A stretch of DNA of 61,366 nt, filler included. It is 10 parts of 10 records of this genome, joined end to end, with 100 filler letters (N's around TTAATTAATTAA, not from the genome) between each part and the next. Parts side by side here need not be neighbours in the genome. Positions count along the whole stretch, not along the records: positions 16,711 to 21,637 come from SRR20825010_4966; positions 21,738 to 24,840 come from SRR20825010_4970; positions 24,941 to 40,708 come from SRR20825010_4974; 7 more parts are not named here. One strand, given 5' to 3'. Positions 17,926 to 28,336 of this stretch are shown piece by piece. Numbering within the stretch: position 1 is the stretch's first letter; each line of letters opens with the position of its first letter. The translations under genes and the position numbers were made by a program. The notes below the pieces were generated by a model that made no database searches, was not told the origin of the DNA, and worked only from the letters and a program-made list of their open reading frames with translations.

Positions 17926-19440
17926 CTAGTCCTGTGGAAGTTCTTTCGCCAGGCGCCTTCTCCAGCCTTTTGTTGCCAGGGGAAGAAGCAGAAGGATCAG
18001 CGCCAGTAGCATGATCGTCAGAGTGAGTGGCTGTTCCCAGAATATTGAGACATCGCCTCCCGAGATCAGCAGGCTCCGACGGAGATTGGCCTCCATCAAC
18101 GGCCCGAGAATGTACCCAAGCAGCAGCGGCGCGATCGGGAACTTCAACAGGGAGAGCGCGTAGCCCAGCACACCAAGTACACCCACCATGATCACGTCGA
18201 CATAGGAAGAATTCACCGAATAGATGCCGATTGCGATGAAGACGAGAATGCCGGGATAGAGGATGTGGTAGGGAATTTTCAGCATCGAAACCCACAGGCC
18301 GACCAGCGGAAGATTCAAGATCAACAGGATCAGATTGCCGATCCAGAAACTGGCGAGCAGCCCCCAGAAAATTTCGGGATGCTGCGGGATCAGTGTCGGT
18401 CCAGGCGCGATACCGTGAATGAGCAGTGCGCCGAGCATCAGCGCCGAGGTGGCGTCGCCGGGAACGCCCAGGGTGAGGGCAGGGATAAGCGCAGTCTGTG
18501 AAGCGGCATTGTTGGCGCTTTCGGGCGCAGCCACGCCCTCGACGATACCGCTGCCGAGCGCGTCCCGGTTTGGCCCGACCCGTTTTTCCACCGCGTAGGC
18601 CATGAAGGCGGCAATGGTGGAGCCGGCTCCTGGCAAGACACCGACTAGGGAACCCAGAACGGATCCTCGCCAGATCGGCGCATGCGAGCGGCGCATATCT
18701 TCCCGGGTGGGCATGAGAGATCGGAGCGTGATCTTCTGTTTGGCCAGCCACTCGGCCGAATCCGAACCGATCGAGGCGATCACCTCGCTGGCGCCGAACA
18801 TGCCCATGGCGACGAGGACCAGCGGAAGGCCGTCGTAGAGGTAGGGCATGTCGAATGCAAAGCGGATCTGACCCGAAATCGTGTCGGTTCCCATCAGCCC
18901 CACAAGCAAGCCAAAAACCACCATGGCCAGCCCCTTGAGCGGTGCATCGCCAATGAGCGTGACAGCCGCGATCATGCCAAGAAGCATCAGCGCAAAGTAA
19001 TCGGCAGAGGTCATCATCAGTGCGAACTTGCTGAGCGCCGGAGACAGCACGGCCATCACGACAATCGCAAAACAACCGCCAGCGAAGGAGGCGATGGTGG
19101 TAATGCAGAGCGCAACGCCAGCGCGGCCGGCCCGGGCCATGGGATAGCCGTCGAGACAGGTTACCGATGCTCCGGCCGTGCCGGGCAGATTGAGCAGGAT
19201 CGAGGCGGTGGAGCCGCCATATTGCGAACCGTAGTAGATGCCTGCCAGCATGATGATGGCAGTGGTCGGATCGAGATAGAAGGTCAATGGCAGCAGCATG
19301 GCGATCGTGGCCAGAGGACCGATACCCGGCAAGACGCCAATAAATGTGCCCGCGGTTACACCCAGGAAACAGAACAGCAGCGTTTGAGGGCTGAGCGCTG
19401 TGGCAAACCCCTGGCCGGCATGCCCGATGAACTCCATCAT
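17926..19440 (-). CDS. tctA: Tripartite tricarboxylate transporter permease TctA
   Basis: GVLPGIG, YYGSQYGGS, DGYPMA, VAAPESANNA, LTLGVPG. Confidence 0.95.
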   Translation of the reverse strand: MMEFIGHAGQGFATALSPQTLLFCFLGVTAGTFIGVLPGIGPLATIAMLLPLTFYLDPTTAIIMLAGIYYGSQYGGSTASILLNLPGTAGASVTCLDGYPMARAGRAGVALCITTIASFAGGCFAIVVMAVLSPALSKFALMMTSADYFALMLLGMIAAVTLIGDAPLKGLAMVVFGLLVGLMGTDTISGQIRFAFDMPYLYDGLPLVLVAMGMFGASEVIASIGSDSAEWLAKQKITLRSLMPTREDMRRSHAPIWRGSVLGSLVGVLPGAGSTIAAFMAYAVEKRVGPNRDALGSGIVEGVAAPESANNAASQTALIPALTLGVPGDATSALMLGALLIHGIAPGPTLIPQHPEIFWGLLASFWIGNLILLILNLPLVGLWVSMLKIPYHILYPGILVFIAIGIYSVNSSYVDVIMVGVLGVLGYALSLLKFPIAPLLLGYILGPLMEANLRRSLLISGGDVSIFWEQPLTLTIMLLALILLLLPLATKGWRRRLAKELPQD

Positions 19441-19889
19441 AGTGAAAGCTCCAGCACTGGAATGGGCAGGCCGAGCAGGGCGATAAAGATCAGCCAGCAC
19501 AGAAGCGCCAGTGAACACGCCAGGATGAAAACACGCCCGAAGTGAAATCGGTTGTCCGCGAAACGGGCGATGAAGGCAGACACAAGTATCGCCGGCACAA
19601 GGCCGAAAGAACCGATGAGCAAGGCGAAACAGGTGAGCGACAGCATGACAACGCCTGCCGCTCTCCAGTTGGGCTGCCGAATGCTGCCGGTCCTGCCAAC
19701 CGAGCCGGCGATGATCCCGAGGCCGAGCAACACCATTATGATCCCTAGTGCCAGCGGAAAGGCGCCTGGGCCGATGTTGGAAATCCTGCCTATCGGGTAT
19801 TGAGAGCTGATGCCGGCGGTCACCAGCCCGATCAATGTGACCAGCACACCGCCGATGGCGTCTGTTGGTTCCAAGCGTATTGATCTCAT
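19437..19889 (-). CDS. tctB: Tripartite tricarboxylate transporter TctB
   Basis: GPGAFP motif, four TM helices, overlaps the tctA start. Confidence 0.9.
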   Translation of the reverse strand: MRSIRLEPTDAIGGVLVTLIGLVTAGISSQYPIGRISNIGPGAFPLALGIIMVLLGLGIIAGSVGRTGSIRQPNWRAAGVVMLSLTCFALLIGSFGLVPAILVSAFIARFADNRFHFGRVFILACSLALLCWLIFIALLGLPIPVLELSL

Positions 19890-19914
19890 GGTGTTCCCCT
19901 CGCTTTGCGCGATT

Positions 19915-20892
19915 TTATGTTTTTCTGCGTTTTTCCCAGACAGCGGCGTCGACGAGGCTCTCCGGACGTTTGTCTGCCAGCGCATCGACAATGTGCTGCG
20001 CGCAGGCAAGAGCCGTGGCTTTCAACGCATCTTCGGTAGAGCCTGCGACATGCGGCGCGAGCACAATGTTTCGAAGCCCTGTAAGGGGCGAGCTTTCATC
20101 CAGTGGCTCCGGGTCGAAGACATCAAGGCCCGCTGCGCGGATCACCCCGCTCTCGAGCGCTTCAGCCAGAGCAGGTTCATCGATGAGCGCACCGCGCGCC
20201 GTGTTCACCAAGATGGCGTGAGGCCGCATTTTACGCAGGGTTCCAGCGTTGATCATGTGGAGCGTATCGGGGCGGGCGGGTCGGTGCAGCGAAATGACGT
20301 CGGAGCCTTCCAGCAGGGCATCCAGCGTTGCAACCGGCTCGAAACCATTGTCGCGAATGGCACCATCGTCAGCGGAAGGCGACCAGACAAGGACCTTCAT
20401 CGCGAAACCATTCTTTGCGATCTCGCCAAGCAACCGGCCGATGGTGCCGAAGCCGGCAATACCGAGCGTCTTGCCAGTCAACTCGCTCATGCCGCCTTCG
20501 AACTTGAAGCGGAAATTGCCGTTTCGCGCTGCATGATCGGCCTCGACCGTGCGCTTTGCGCAGGCGAGGATCAGCATCATCGCGTGTTCGGCGACGGAAC
20601 GGGCATTGGCCGTTGGCGTGAAAGAGATCGGGATCCCGAGTTCTGCGGCGTGCGCGACGTCGATCTTGTTGGTGCCTATGCCGTGATTGGCTATGATTTT
20701 CAGGTTCTTAGCGCTGTTCATCGCCTCGGCGTTGAGCCCGGCATCGCGCGTGATCAGGGCATCGGCCGTTTCGATTTCGGCTGCGACCGTTTTCATGTTC
20801 TGTGCGCTTGCGCGCCGAACCCTTATTCCCGCAGCCTCAAGCGCTTCTTCGCCGGCGGGGTGGATCGGCTGGACAATCAGGCATTCAGGCAT
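19915..20892 (-). CDS. D-2-hydroxyacid dehydrogenase (SerA-like)
   Basis: GFGTIG, VNTARG, LDVFDPEP, PHVAGST. Confidence 0.93.
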   Translation of the reverse strand: MPECLIVQPIHPAGEEALEAAGIRVRRASAQNMKTVAAEIETADALITRDAGLNAEAMNSAKNLKIIANHGIGTNKIDVAHAAELGIPISFTPTANARSVAEHAMMLILACAKRTVEADHAARNGNFRFKFEGGMSELTGKTLGIAGFGTIGRLLGEIAKNGFAMKVLVWSPSADDGAIRDNGFEPVATLDALLEGSDVISLHRPARPDTLHMINAGTLRKMRPHAILVNTARGALIDEPALAEALESGVIRAAGLDVFDPEPLDESSPLTGLRNIVLAPHVAGSTEDALKATALACAQHIVDALADKRPESLVDAAVWEKRRKT

Positions 20893-21637
20893 GTGAGGTC
20901 TTCTCCATCGGTTGGCAGTCCCTGAACATTGGCGGTTCTGCATCCATTGCAGCTCCCAGAAGACGGGTGGCGACCGCGAAATCGGCCATCTCCATCGCTT
21001 CTTCAGGGTTGTGGCTACCGTTGTGATTCCGTACGAAAATCATCGCAGAGGGGATGCCTTGAAGAGCAAACGTCGCCGTATCGTGCCCGGCACCGGAGGG
21101 CATGACGCGTGCGTCAATTCCGAGCGCTTCAGCCTTGTCCATCATTTCGGAAACCAGTTCGGCATCCATGGGTGCTGGCGTGCTGGCGGTGCGCGGTCCC
21201 AGGTCGAAACGTGTGGATGTCTGCTGCTCGACATTTGCGACCTCGCGCAAAACGACGCTCTCAAATGCCTCAAGTGTCTGCGCACTGGCGGAACGCACAT
21301 CGAGGCTGAAATCGACGCGACCGGGAACCTTGCTGAAATCCGCCTGTTCGCCATCAGTCGAAAGCTGCCCGAATGTCAGCGCCAGATCAGCACCGTTCTC
21401 TTCAAATGCCGACCAGTGCGCATTCAATCGTTCGATGAAGGCTGCGGCGGCCGCAACTGCGTCGTGGCGATGGGCCCGCGGTGTTGCGCCTGAATGGCTG
21501 TACACACCATTGATCCGGGCGTGCCGGTAGCGGAAACTGCCGCGAATGCCATTGACAATACCGACCGGCTGATTGGATCCCACGAGCACCGGCCCCTGCT
21601 CGATATGCACCTCGATGAAGCGGCTGACGGTCCGTGG
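20885..21637 (-). CDS. Zn-dependent N-carbamoyl-amino acid / allantoate amidohydrolase, partial
   Basis: HIEQGPVL, HSGATP, PSGAGHD, GSHNPEE. Confidence 0.9.
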   Translation of the reverse strand, partial: PRTVSRFIEVHIEQGPVLVGSNQPVGIVNGIRGSFRYRHARINGVYSHSGATPRAHRHDAVAAAAAFIERLNAHWSAFEENGADLALTFGQLSTDGEQADFSKVPGRVDFSLDVRSASAQTLEAFESVVLREVANVEQQTSTRFDLGPRTASTPAPMDAELVSEMMDKAEALGIDARVMPSGAGHDTATFALQGIPSAMIFVRNHNGSHNPEEAMEMADFAVATRLLGAAMDAEPPMFRDCQPMEKTSHA

Positions 21638-21737
21638 NNNNNNNNNNNNNNNNNNNNNNNNNNNNNNNNNNNNNNNNNNNNTTAATTAATTAANNNNNNN
21701 NNNNNNNNNNNNNNNNNNNNNNNNNNNNNNNNNNNNN

Positions 21738-22025
21738 GGCAGCGACACCGAGACGCCTGTCGAGACTGTCGAGCCAAGAGGTTTCCTCAAGCGGAAAGTC
21801 ATCCGACCAGCCGGCCTCGACATGAACGGAGGCAACGATGTTCTGCCCGGCCGCGTCGCGCAGGTACTCGCGTACGCCGTAATTGCGCCGGATCGGCGCT
21901 ATGTTGCCAAACACCATTTCGTTCTCGCCGGCCTCCGGCGGCGCAAGCCATGGATGCCGGCCGAGCGACAGATCCCACAGATGGTGGTGCGGATCGATGA
22001 TCGGCCCCCCATAACCACAACTCAT
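21738..22025 (-). CDS. Amidohydrolase_2 family protein (lactonase-like), N-terminal fragment
   Basis: IIDPHHHLWD, SVHVEAG. Confidence 0.85.
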
Positions 22026-22963
22026 CGCCGCGCCTCACGACCCGAGATCAACAGCAGGCCCAGAATGAGCGAACCGAACATGATCGACCGCCAGCCGGGC
22101 GAAGCATTTACGACGGTGATTAGCGCTGTGGTGGTCACCAGAAGGATCGCGCCGGGTATGGTCCCCGCATAGGTACCGCGGCCGCCGAGAATAGACGTGC
22201 CTCCAAGAACGACAGCGGCAATGGACGTCAACAGATAGGGGTCGCCAATGCCCACATAGCCCTGACGGTTCATGCCCAGGATGAGTATACCGGCGAGCCC
22301 GGCAAAGAAACCCGACAGAGCAAATACGAGCAATGTGTTGCGCCCGACGCTGACGCCCGAAAGCCGTGCGGCGAGCGGATTCGCGCCCAGCGCCAGAAAA
22401 CGCGCACCGACAGGCATGCGATGGATGATGATCAGCATCACGATCGATACGACCACCCACAGGAGCACGCCTGCGGGAACTTCGAAAGGACGTGCCTGTC
22501 CCAGCCAGATAACGGCGGCATTGGTTACCGATACCGCGCTGCCGCCAGCGATAATGACGAGCATGCCCTGCAGAAAGGTCGCCATCGCCAGAGTCATTAT
22601 GATTGGCGGCACCTTGAGATAGGCCGCGCCCGCACCATTCAGCAGACCGATGCCCGTGGCGATACCCAGGGTGAGAACGATGCCGACAAGCCCGGTCGGA
22701 TCCGCCTCCGGTGAAATAAGTGGCAGCAGAATGGCCGTCACAGTGATGATCGCACCGACCGAGAGGTCGATACCCCCCATGAGGATCACGAGCGTCTGGC
22801 CGGCGGCAACGATGCCGATCACCGCGGAAAGCTCCAGGAGATAGCGCAGATGGCCATAGGCACCGAAGCCGCGCAGCGTGAGGCCGGCTATGATCCAGAC
22901 GAGGACGACGAGGATCAGTGTGAGAAGCGGCGGGTTGCGGAGCGCTGCTTTGATGGCGTTCAA
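22022..22963 (-). CDS. Sugar ABC transporter permease
   Basis: GQTLVILMGGIDLSVG, AAVVLGGTS..GGRG; TTG start overlaps the previous gene's stop. Confidence 0.92.
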   Translation of the reverse strand: MNAIKAALRNPPLLTLILVVLVWIIAGLTLRGFGAYGHLRYLLELSAVIGIVAAGQTLVILMGGIDLSVGAIITVTAILLPLISPEADPTGLVGIVLTLGIATGIGLLNGAGAAYLKVPPIIMTLAMATFLQGMLVIIAGGSAVSVTNAAVIWLGQARPFEVPAGVLLWVVVSIVMLIIIHRMPVGARFLALGANPLAARLSGVSVGRNTLLVFALSGFFAGLAGILILGMNRQGYVGIGDPYLLTSIAAVVLGGTSILGGRGTYAGTIPGAILLVTTTALITVVNASPGWRSIMFGSLILGLLLISGREARR

Positions 22964-23925
22964 GGCTTCGCCCTCCACTGACTGGTCAATTGCGGAACCG
23001 CAACCGCGCCGACTATGATGAGGCCCTGCGCGACATACTGGGCGACGGGCGGAAAGCCAAGAAAGAACATGACATTGATCATGACCGAGAGGAGCAGGCT
23101 CCCACAGATAACGCCACGCATCGTGCCTCTTCCACCCAGAAACGCGACACCGCCAAGCACGGCGCCCGCAATGGAATTGAGCGTGAAGGGTGTGCCGATC
23201 ACCGGATCGCCCGAGCCGGTTTGCGCCGCCACAAACAGGCCGGCCAGAGCCGCCAGCAGACCCGACAGCGCAAATGCGAAAACCTTGACGCGCTCGACGG
23301 GAACACCTGAACGATACGCCCCGACGGGATTGTTTCCCGCAGCATAGATTCCAATGCCGAGCGGTGTCGCGAGGTAGACTTTCCAACCGATGAGGAACAG
23401 GACCAGAAGACCAAAGGCGACCGGCGTATGCCCGGCAAGCAGATCGGAAAACCAGTCGGGGATGTAGCCGCCCGGACGCGGCAGGAGAAGCAACGCGATA
23501 CCCGTGATGATGAACGAGCCCGCCAGCGTGACGATGATGGCGGGCAGGCGCAGATAGGCGACGATGCCGCCTGTCGCGGCACCTATAAAGAGGCCGGCGG
23601 CCGAAACCGCCAGCAAACCGCCAAGAACGCCCAACGGCCCGCCCATCGTGACCGCGGCAATGACAGCGCCAAGGCTGACCAGCGGACCGATCGCCAGAGA
23701 GATGCCACCATTCAGCATCATCAGCGCCTGCGCCATTGTCACCAGTGCGAGCGGGAACCAGTTCTGCGTGAACTTGGAAAAGCCGCCAATGGTGAAAAGA
23801 CCAGGAAACAGGATCGCGTACACCACCAGGAACGCAGCAACGACCAGATAGAGACCCGTAAGGCCGCGATTCCGCCGCCGTTGGACGGCGGTATAGAGAT
23901 TTGCTGGAACCCGCGTGACAGTCAT
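22960..23925 (-). CDS. Sugar ABC transporter permease
   Basis: RbsC-like; PAIIVTLA, AGAVLGGV..GGRG. Confidence 0.92.
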   Translation of the reverse strand: MTVTRVPANLYTAVQRRRNRGLTGLYLVVAAFLVVYAILFPGLFTIGGFSKFTQNWFPLALVTMAQALMMLNGGISLAIGPLVSLGAVIAAVTMGGPLGVLGGLLAVSAAGLFIGAATGGIVAYLRLPAIIVTLAGSFIITGIALLLLPRPGGYIPDWFSDLLAGHTPVAFGLLVLFLIGWKVYLATPLGIGIYAAGNNPVGAYRSGVPVERVKVFAFALSGLLAALAGLFVAAQTGSGDPVIGTPFTLNSIAGAVLGGVAFLGGRGTMRGVICGSLLLSVMINVMFFLGFPPVAQYVAQGLIIVGAVAVPQLTSQWRAKP

Positions 23926-24840
23926 GCCGCTGCTCCTTTTACCGAGAGGCCCATGGCAGCGCCGACGATCGCTTCTTCGGAGATTTCGGAGCGCGGCAGC
24001 ATGGTCGCGAGCCGCCCTTCGCGGAACACGGCCACACGATCGCAAAGGTGTACAAGTTCGGGCGTGTCCGAACTCAGGAGAATGACCAGCTTTCCTTCAC
24101 GCGCGAAGGATTGCAACATCAGGTAAATCTCACGCTTCGTCTCGATGTCGACGCCGCGGGTCGGATCGTTGAGCAACAGCACAGACGGATCGAGCGGCAG
24201 CCATTTGGCCAGCGCCACCTTCTGCTGATTACCGCCTGAAAGCGCCTGGACGGGCCGGCCCACATCGCCCTTGATGGTAAGGCGTCTGGTGAGATCGGCG
24301 ACCCGTTTGCGCTCGGCAGCGCGATCACGCAGACCGTGCTTCACAAGATCCCCGAGCGAGGGCAGAAGCAGGTTGGATGCGATCGAATGAGGCAGCACCA
24401 GCCCCTCATGTTTCCGATCAGCAGGCACATATGCCAGACCGGCTCCGTTTGCTGCCTCGACGTTCTTGAGTGGCCTGTGGCGACCCGCGATCTGCGCCGT
24501 TTCGGCGGAAGCGGGTATTGCGCCGTAAAGACCAAGCAGGAAATCTTCCTGCCCTTGCCCCACCAGGCCGCCAATGCCCACGATCTCACCGGCGCAGGCC
24601 CGGAAATTCACATCCCGCGCCATGCCGGCAGAGAAACCTTCGAGGCCAATCAGTTCGTTTCCAACAGGATTGTCCTGCCAGGCCGGAAAAAGATCGCCCG
24701 CATCGCGCCCCACCATCAGACGCACAAGGCCTTCGTCATTGACGCCCGCGAGGGGCTGGTCTGCGGTGACCACCCCGTCCTTCAGAACGGTCACATGGGA
24801 GCAGAGCGCCTGCACTTCGTTGAGGCGGTGGGAAATATAG
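23922..24840 (-). CDS. Sugar ABC transporter ATP-binding protein, partial
   Basis: LSGGNQQKV, DPTRGVD, PADRKHEG. Confidence 0.94.
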
Positions 24841-24940
24841 NNNNNNNNNNNNNNNNNNNNNNNNNNNNNNNNNNNNNNNNNNNNTTAATTAATTAANNNN
24901 NNNNNNNNNNNNNNNNNNNNNNNNNNNNNNNNNNNNNNNN

Positions 24941-25846
24941 GGCGCCCATCAGCGGCGGCATGATCTGGCCACCGGTACTGGCTGCGGCTTCAATGCCACC
25001 CGCCTGGGCCGGACGAAAGCCCAGTTTTTTCATCAGCGGAATGGTAAACGCGCCCGTAGTCACCACGTTGGCGATGGCGCTACCGGAGATGGACCCCATG
25101 CTGGCCGAGGCCAGAACCGCAGCCTTGGCGGGGCCGCCGCGCTGACGGCCCGTCGCCGCAAACGCCAGATCGATGAAGAAGCGGCCTGCGCCGGTCACTT
25201 CCAGCATGGCGCCGAACAGCACAAAGATGAACACGAACGTAGCAGCAACGCCCAACGGCAGACCGAAAATCCCTTCCTGCCCCAGATACAGCTGGGCACC
25301 GATACGGTCGAGGGAGTAGCCGCGATGGTTGAGAATGCCCGGCAGCCATTCCCCCAGCTCCGACAGCGGCCCACGCTGGCCACTCATCGCGTAGAGAATT
25401 GCAATCACACCGATCACCGTCAGCCCGGTGCCTACCGCCCGGCGGCTGGCCTCCAGCAAGGTGATGGTGCATACCCAGGCCATGACAATATCGGTCTGGT
25501 TCCAGAACCCGGCCCGGCCGGTAATCTCATCGAGGAACCAGACCAGATAGAAACCGGATGCGCCCGAGGCTATCAAAAATCCGGTATCAATCAACGCCGT
25601 TATGGCGCCGCGCGGTCGGCCAGGCCGGGGCCCAAACAGCAGAAAGCACAGCATCATCACCAACGCCAGGTGAATGCCCCGTTGATAGAACAGTCCCAGC
25701 GGTTGAATACCGGCGCTGTATAGCTGAAACAGCGATAGGCCGATACCAATCAGTGCGATCAGCCAGAGCAGTGCCCTGGGCCCGCTCATTCTGGTCGGCT
25801 GCCATGCGCCATTGGTTTTCAGGTAGATGGCCGTTTCTTGACTCAT
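24941..25846 (-). CDS. TRAP fused permease (TAXI type, DctQM), partial
   Basis: GGPAKAAV, SGSAIANVVTTG, EAAASTGGQIMPP. Confidence 0.94.
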
Positions 25847-26346
25847 TGAAGCGTGCTTCCTTTATCCCCTGCAGGCCGTACTCGAATCTCAACGAGTTTG
25901 TCAGCTGCCAGACGGCTTAGACTCACCACGCGCGAATCCACCTCAATGCGGTGATTCACCGACAAGGCGCCAACGCGCAGCGAGAGACGATTATTGGGTA
26001 TGGGTACCTGCATATCGACGATGCGGTAGCCGTGGTCGTCATCCGACGTCAGTGTGCCCCGGCCACGGGTATGGCCAAGGCCGGCTGCAAAGTCCGGTGT
26101 GTGGCTACTGTCCAGAATCAACTGGTCCGCTTCCATGCGAAAGCAGTCCGTCACAGGAAACCCCTGCACCGAGTGATTCCAGATCAGGCACCACCGCCCG
26201 CCCTCGGGCAGGCCGAGCTGCACCAGCGACGTCTGACTGGTATCAGACACCGACAGTTGCCAGACCGCTTTGCTCTGGGCGCCAACTGCTGTGGGCCATA
26301 ATCCCCACAGCAGTGACGCGAGCAGGCAACAGACCCTGCAAACCAT
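25843..26346 (-). CDS. DUF1850-like protein
   Basis: WNHSV...FAAGL motif; between the TAXI binding protein and permease. Confidence 0.75.
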   Translation of the reverse strand: MVCRVCCLLASLLWGLWPTAVGAQSKAVWQLSVSDTSQTSLVQLGLPEGGRWCLIWNHSVQGFPVTDCFRMEADQLILDSSHTPDFAAGLGHTRGRGTLTSDDDHGYRIVDMQVPIPNNRLSLRVGALSVNHRIEVDSRVVSLSRLAADKLVEIRVRPAGDKGSTLQ

Positions 26347-26377
26347 GAACCGACGAATGATAACGACGGATTCCCGA

Positions 26378-27337
26378 TTACTGGCGCAGTGCCTCCGGCA
26401 CTTCTGCACCTATTTCCTCGTAATAGCGAATGGCACCCGGATGGAGAGGAATGGGCGTGGAATCCAGGCTGAACTCCACGGTGGTGTCGTCAGCGGCCGG
26501 ATGGATCGCCCTCAGGGCCTCTACCTTTTCGAAGAGCAGCTTGGTGATCTTGTAGGCAAGATCTTCCGACATGGCGCTATTGACGGTAAGAACGTTGGGA
26601 ATGCCGATCGTTGCAATGTCCGAATCGACACCCTCGTAGGTACCGGAACGCAGCTTGTAGGGCGCAAACACCGGCACTTCTGCTCTGGCGTTGGCGATTT
26701 CCTTCTCGGAGAGAGGTATCAGTGCAATGTCACGGGTGGTGGCAAGGCTGACAATAGAGCTTGTTGGCGGGCCAACACTCCAGAACGCGGCGTCGATGTC
26801 GCCATCGCGAATGGCATCCGCAGATTCATTGAAGTTCAGGCCACGCTCGTCGAAATCGTCGAAGCTCATGCCGTTGGTTTCCAGCAGGGCCTTGGCGTTC
26901 ACTTCGGTACCGCTGCCCGGCGCACCAACCGACACACGCTTGCCAGCCAGGTCTGCCAGCGACGTAATGCCAGAGTCCGCCAGGGTGACAATCTGAACCG
27001 CGTTCGGATAAAGCGAGGCAATGGCCAGCACATCCAGCTTGTTGCCATTGAAACGTTCGCCACCGTTATAGGCCTGATGGACGGTGTCTGCCAGGGCAAT
27101 CGCCAGATCCGAATCCTGACGATGAACCAGCCCCATGTTCTCAACCGAAGCACCGGTGACTTCGGCAACTGCGCTGTACCCTTCAATATGCTGACTGATC
27201 AACTCCGCAAGGCCACCCCCGAGAGGGTAATAGGTACCACCGGTGCCGCCCGTGGCAATGGAGAGATTGGTATCCGCCTGTGCCGGAGAAACACCGATCA
27301 GCGCGGTCGCGCCCAGTGCCAGAAATAGCTTTCGCAT
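26378..27337 (-). CDS. TAXI-family TRAP substrate-binding protein
   Basis: ATGGTGGTYY, GASVEN, GAPGSGT, PLHPGA. Confidence 0.95.
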   Translation of the reverse strand: MRKLFLALGATALIGVSPAQADTNLSIATGGTGGTYYPLGGGLAELISQHIEGYSAVAEVTGASVENMGLVHRQDSDLAIALADTVHQAYNGGERFNGNKLDVLAIASLYPNAVQIVTLADSGITSLADLAGKRVSVGAPGSGTEVNAKALLETNGMSFDDFDERGLNFNESADAIRDGDIDAAFWSVGPPTSSIVSLATTRDIALIPLSEKEIANARAEVPVFAPYKLRSGTYEGVDSDIATIGIPNVLTVNSAMSEDLAYKITKLLFEKVEALRAIHPAADDTTVEFSLDSTPIPLHPGAIRYYEEIGAEVPEALRQ

Positions 27338-27507
27338 GTTGCTCACCTCGTTTTTGTTGGATTAGCGTCGGGACTTGTGATCCTTTGACGTCTACATAGG
27401 ATAGCAGCCCATTGCCAACTACTGATTCTTTCTGGCATTAAGGTTAATATCCTGTGGTATTTTCCAATGCCATCACGGCTTTGAATGTCAGGAGTACTCT
27501 TCACTCA

Positions 27508-28173
27508 ATGGATTTCCAGGTCCCCAACACCCTCGCCGAGCAGATTGCCAACTATCTGGCCGAGCGCATTATGACCGGGCAGATAAAACCCGGAGAGCGT
27601 TTGCAGGAGGCGACGACCGCCACGGAACTGAAGGTAAGCCGGGCATCTGTGAAAGAGGCCCTATATACCCTGGAACGCTGGCACCTGATCGAGATAACCC
27701 CGCGCAAGGGTGCGTCGGCCACCAAGCTGGATGCGGTGCATGCCTCAGAGCTCTATGACGTGTACATGCACCTGTTAATCATGCTGGCGCGGCGTTTGTG
27801 TGAGCGTTGGCGGGAAGAGGACAAAACCACGTTGTTGTCAGCGGTTGGGCACGTCACTGGCCAGATGCAGCGCAAGGACGCCAATATCACGGCCATTGTG
27901 GAAGCGAGCTTTGAAGTAATGGACGTCTGCTGCCGGGTAGTCGGCAATCCCTACCTCACGGAGGCTCTGACCAACTTCAAGCCCGCTGTCAGCCGGGCTT
28001 ACTATCTGAGTGCAGACCGATACCGGCAGGATCTGGACCGTACCGGCCGTTTCTTTACCAATCTGACGAATGCCATCCTGGCGCGGGATGCTGGTGAATC
28101 CGAGGCACTGGTGGCGGATTTCGGCGCTCACCAGAAGGCGCTGATTCACCAGGCCTTGGCCCCTTCGGCCTGA
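27508..28173 (+). CDS. GntR family regulator
   Basis: PGERLQE...VSRASVKEAL...PRKGA. Confidence 0.9.
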   Translation: MDFQVPNTLAEQIANYLAERIMTGQIKPGERLQEATTATELKVSRASVKEALYTLERWHLIEITPRKGASATKLDAVHASELYDVYMHLLIMLARRLCERWREEDKTTLLSAVGHVTGQMQRKDANITAIVEASFEVMDVCCRVVGNPYLTEALTNFKPAVSRAYYLSADRYRQDLDRTGRFFTNLTNAILARDAGESEALVADFGAHQKALIHQALAPSA

Positions 28174-28175
28174 CC

Positions 28176-28201
28176 GAGTCTGTGACCTGACTCACAGACT
28201 C
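28176..28201. promoter_or_regulatory. Palindrome with a perfect CRP/Vfr core; may also act as the gntR 3' hairpin
   Basis: GAGTC-TGTGA-cctgac-TCACA-GACTC. Confidence 0.55.
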
Positions 28202-28336
28202 CTGCCCCTATCCCACCTATCGTAACAGTCTGTAACAAACTCCTAAGTCCGCTGCGCTGGTCAGGTTGTCCCCTGCGGCTACACAACGACTGAGACCGGT
28301 GTGAAGCCGGCATAACAACAACGATCCGGGGCCACC

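Noticed and set aside
21738-27337. Sugar ABC operon and TAXI-TRAP operon as novel systems
   Set aside because: Ordinary, widespread transporter arrangements on two separate contigs; substrates cannot be inferred
27403-27420. Sigma-54-like TGGCA...TGCT upstream of the TAXI operon (minus strand)
   Set aside because: GG-to-GC spacing is 9 rather than the required 10
28219-28240. Pho box upstream of the DUF6160/GT4 genes
   Set aside because: The GTAAC repeats are 10 bp apart, not 11, so there is no sequence support for PhoB control
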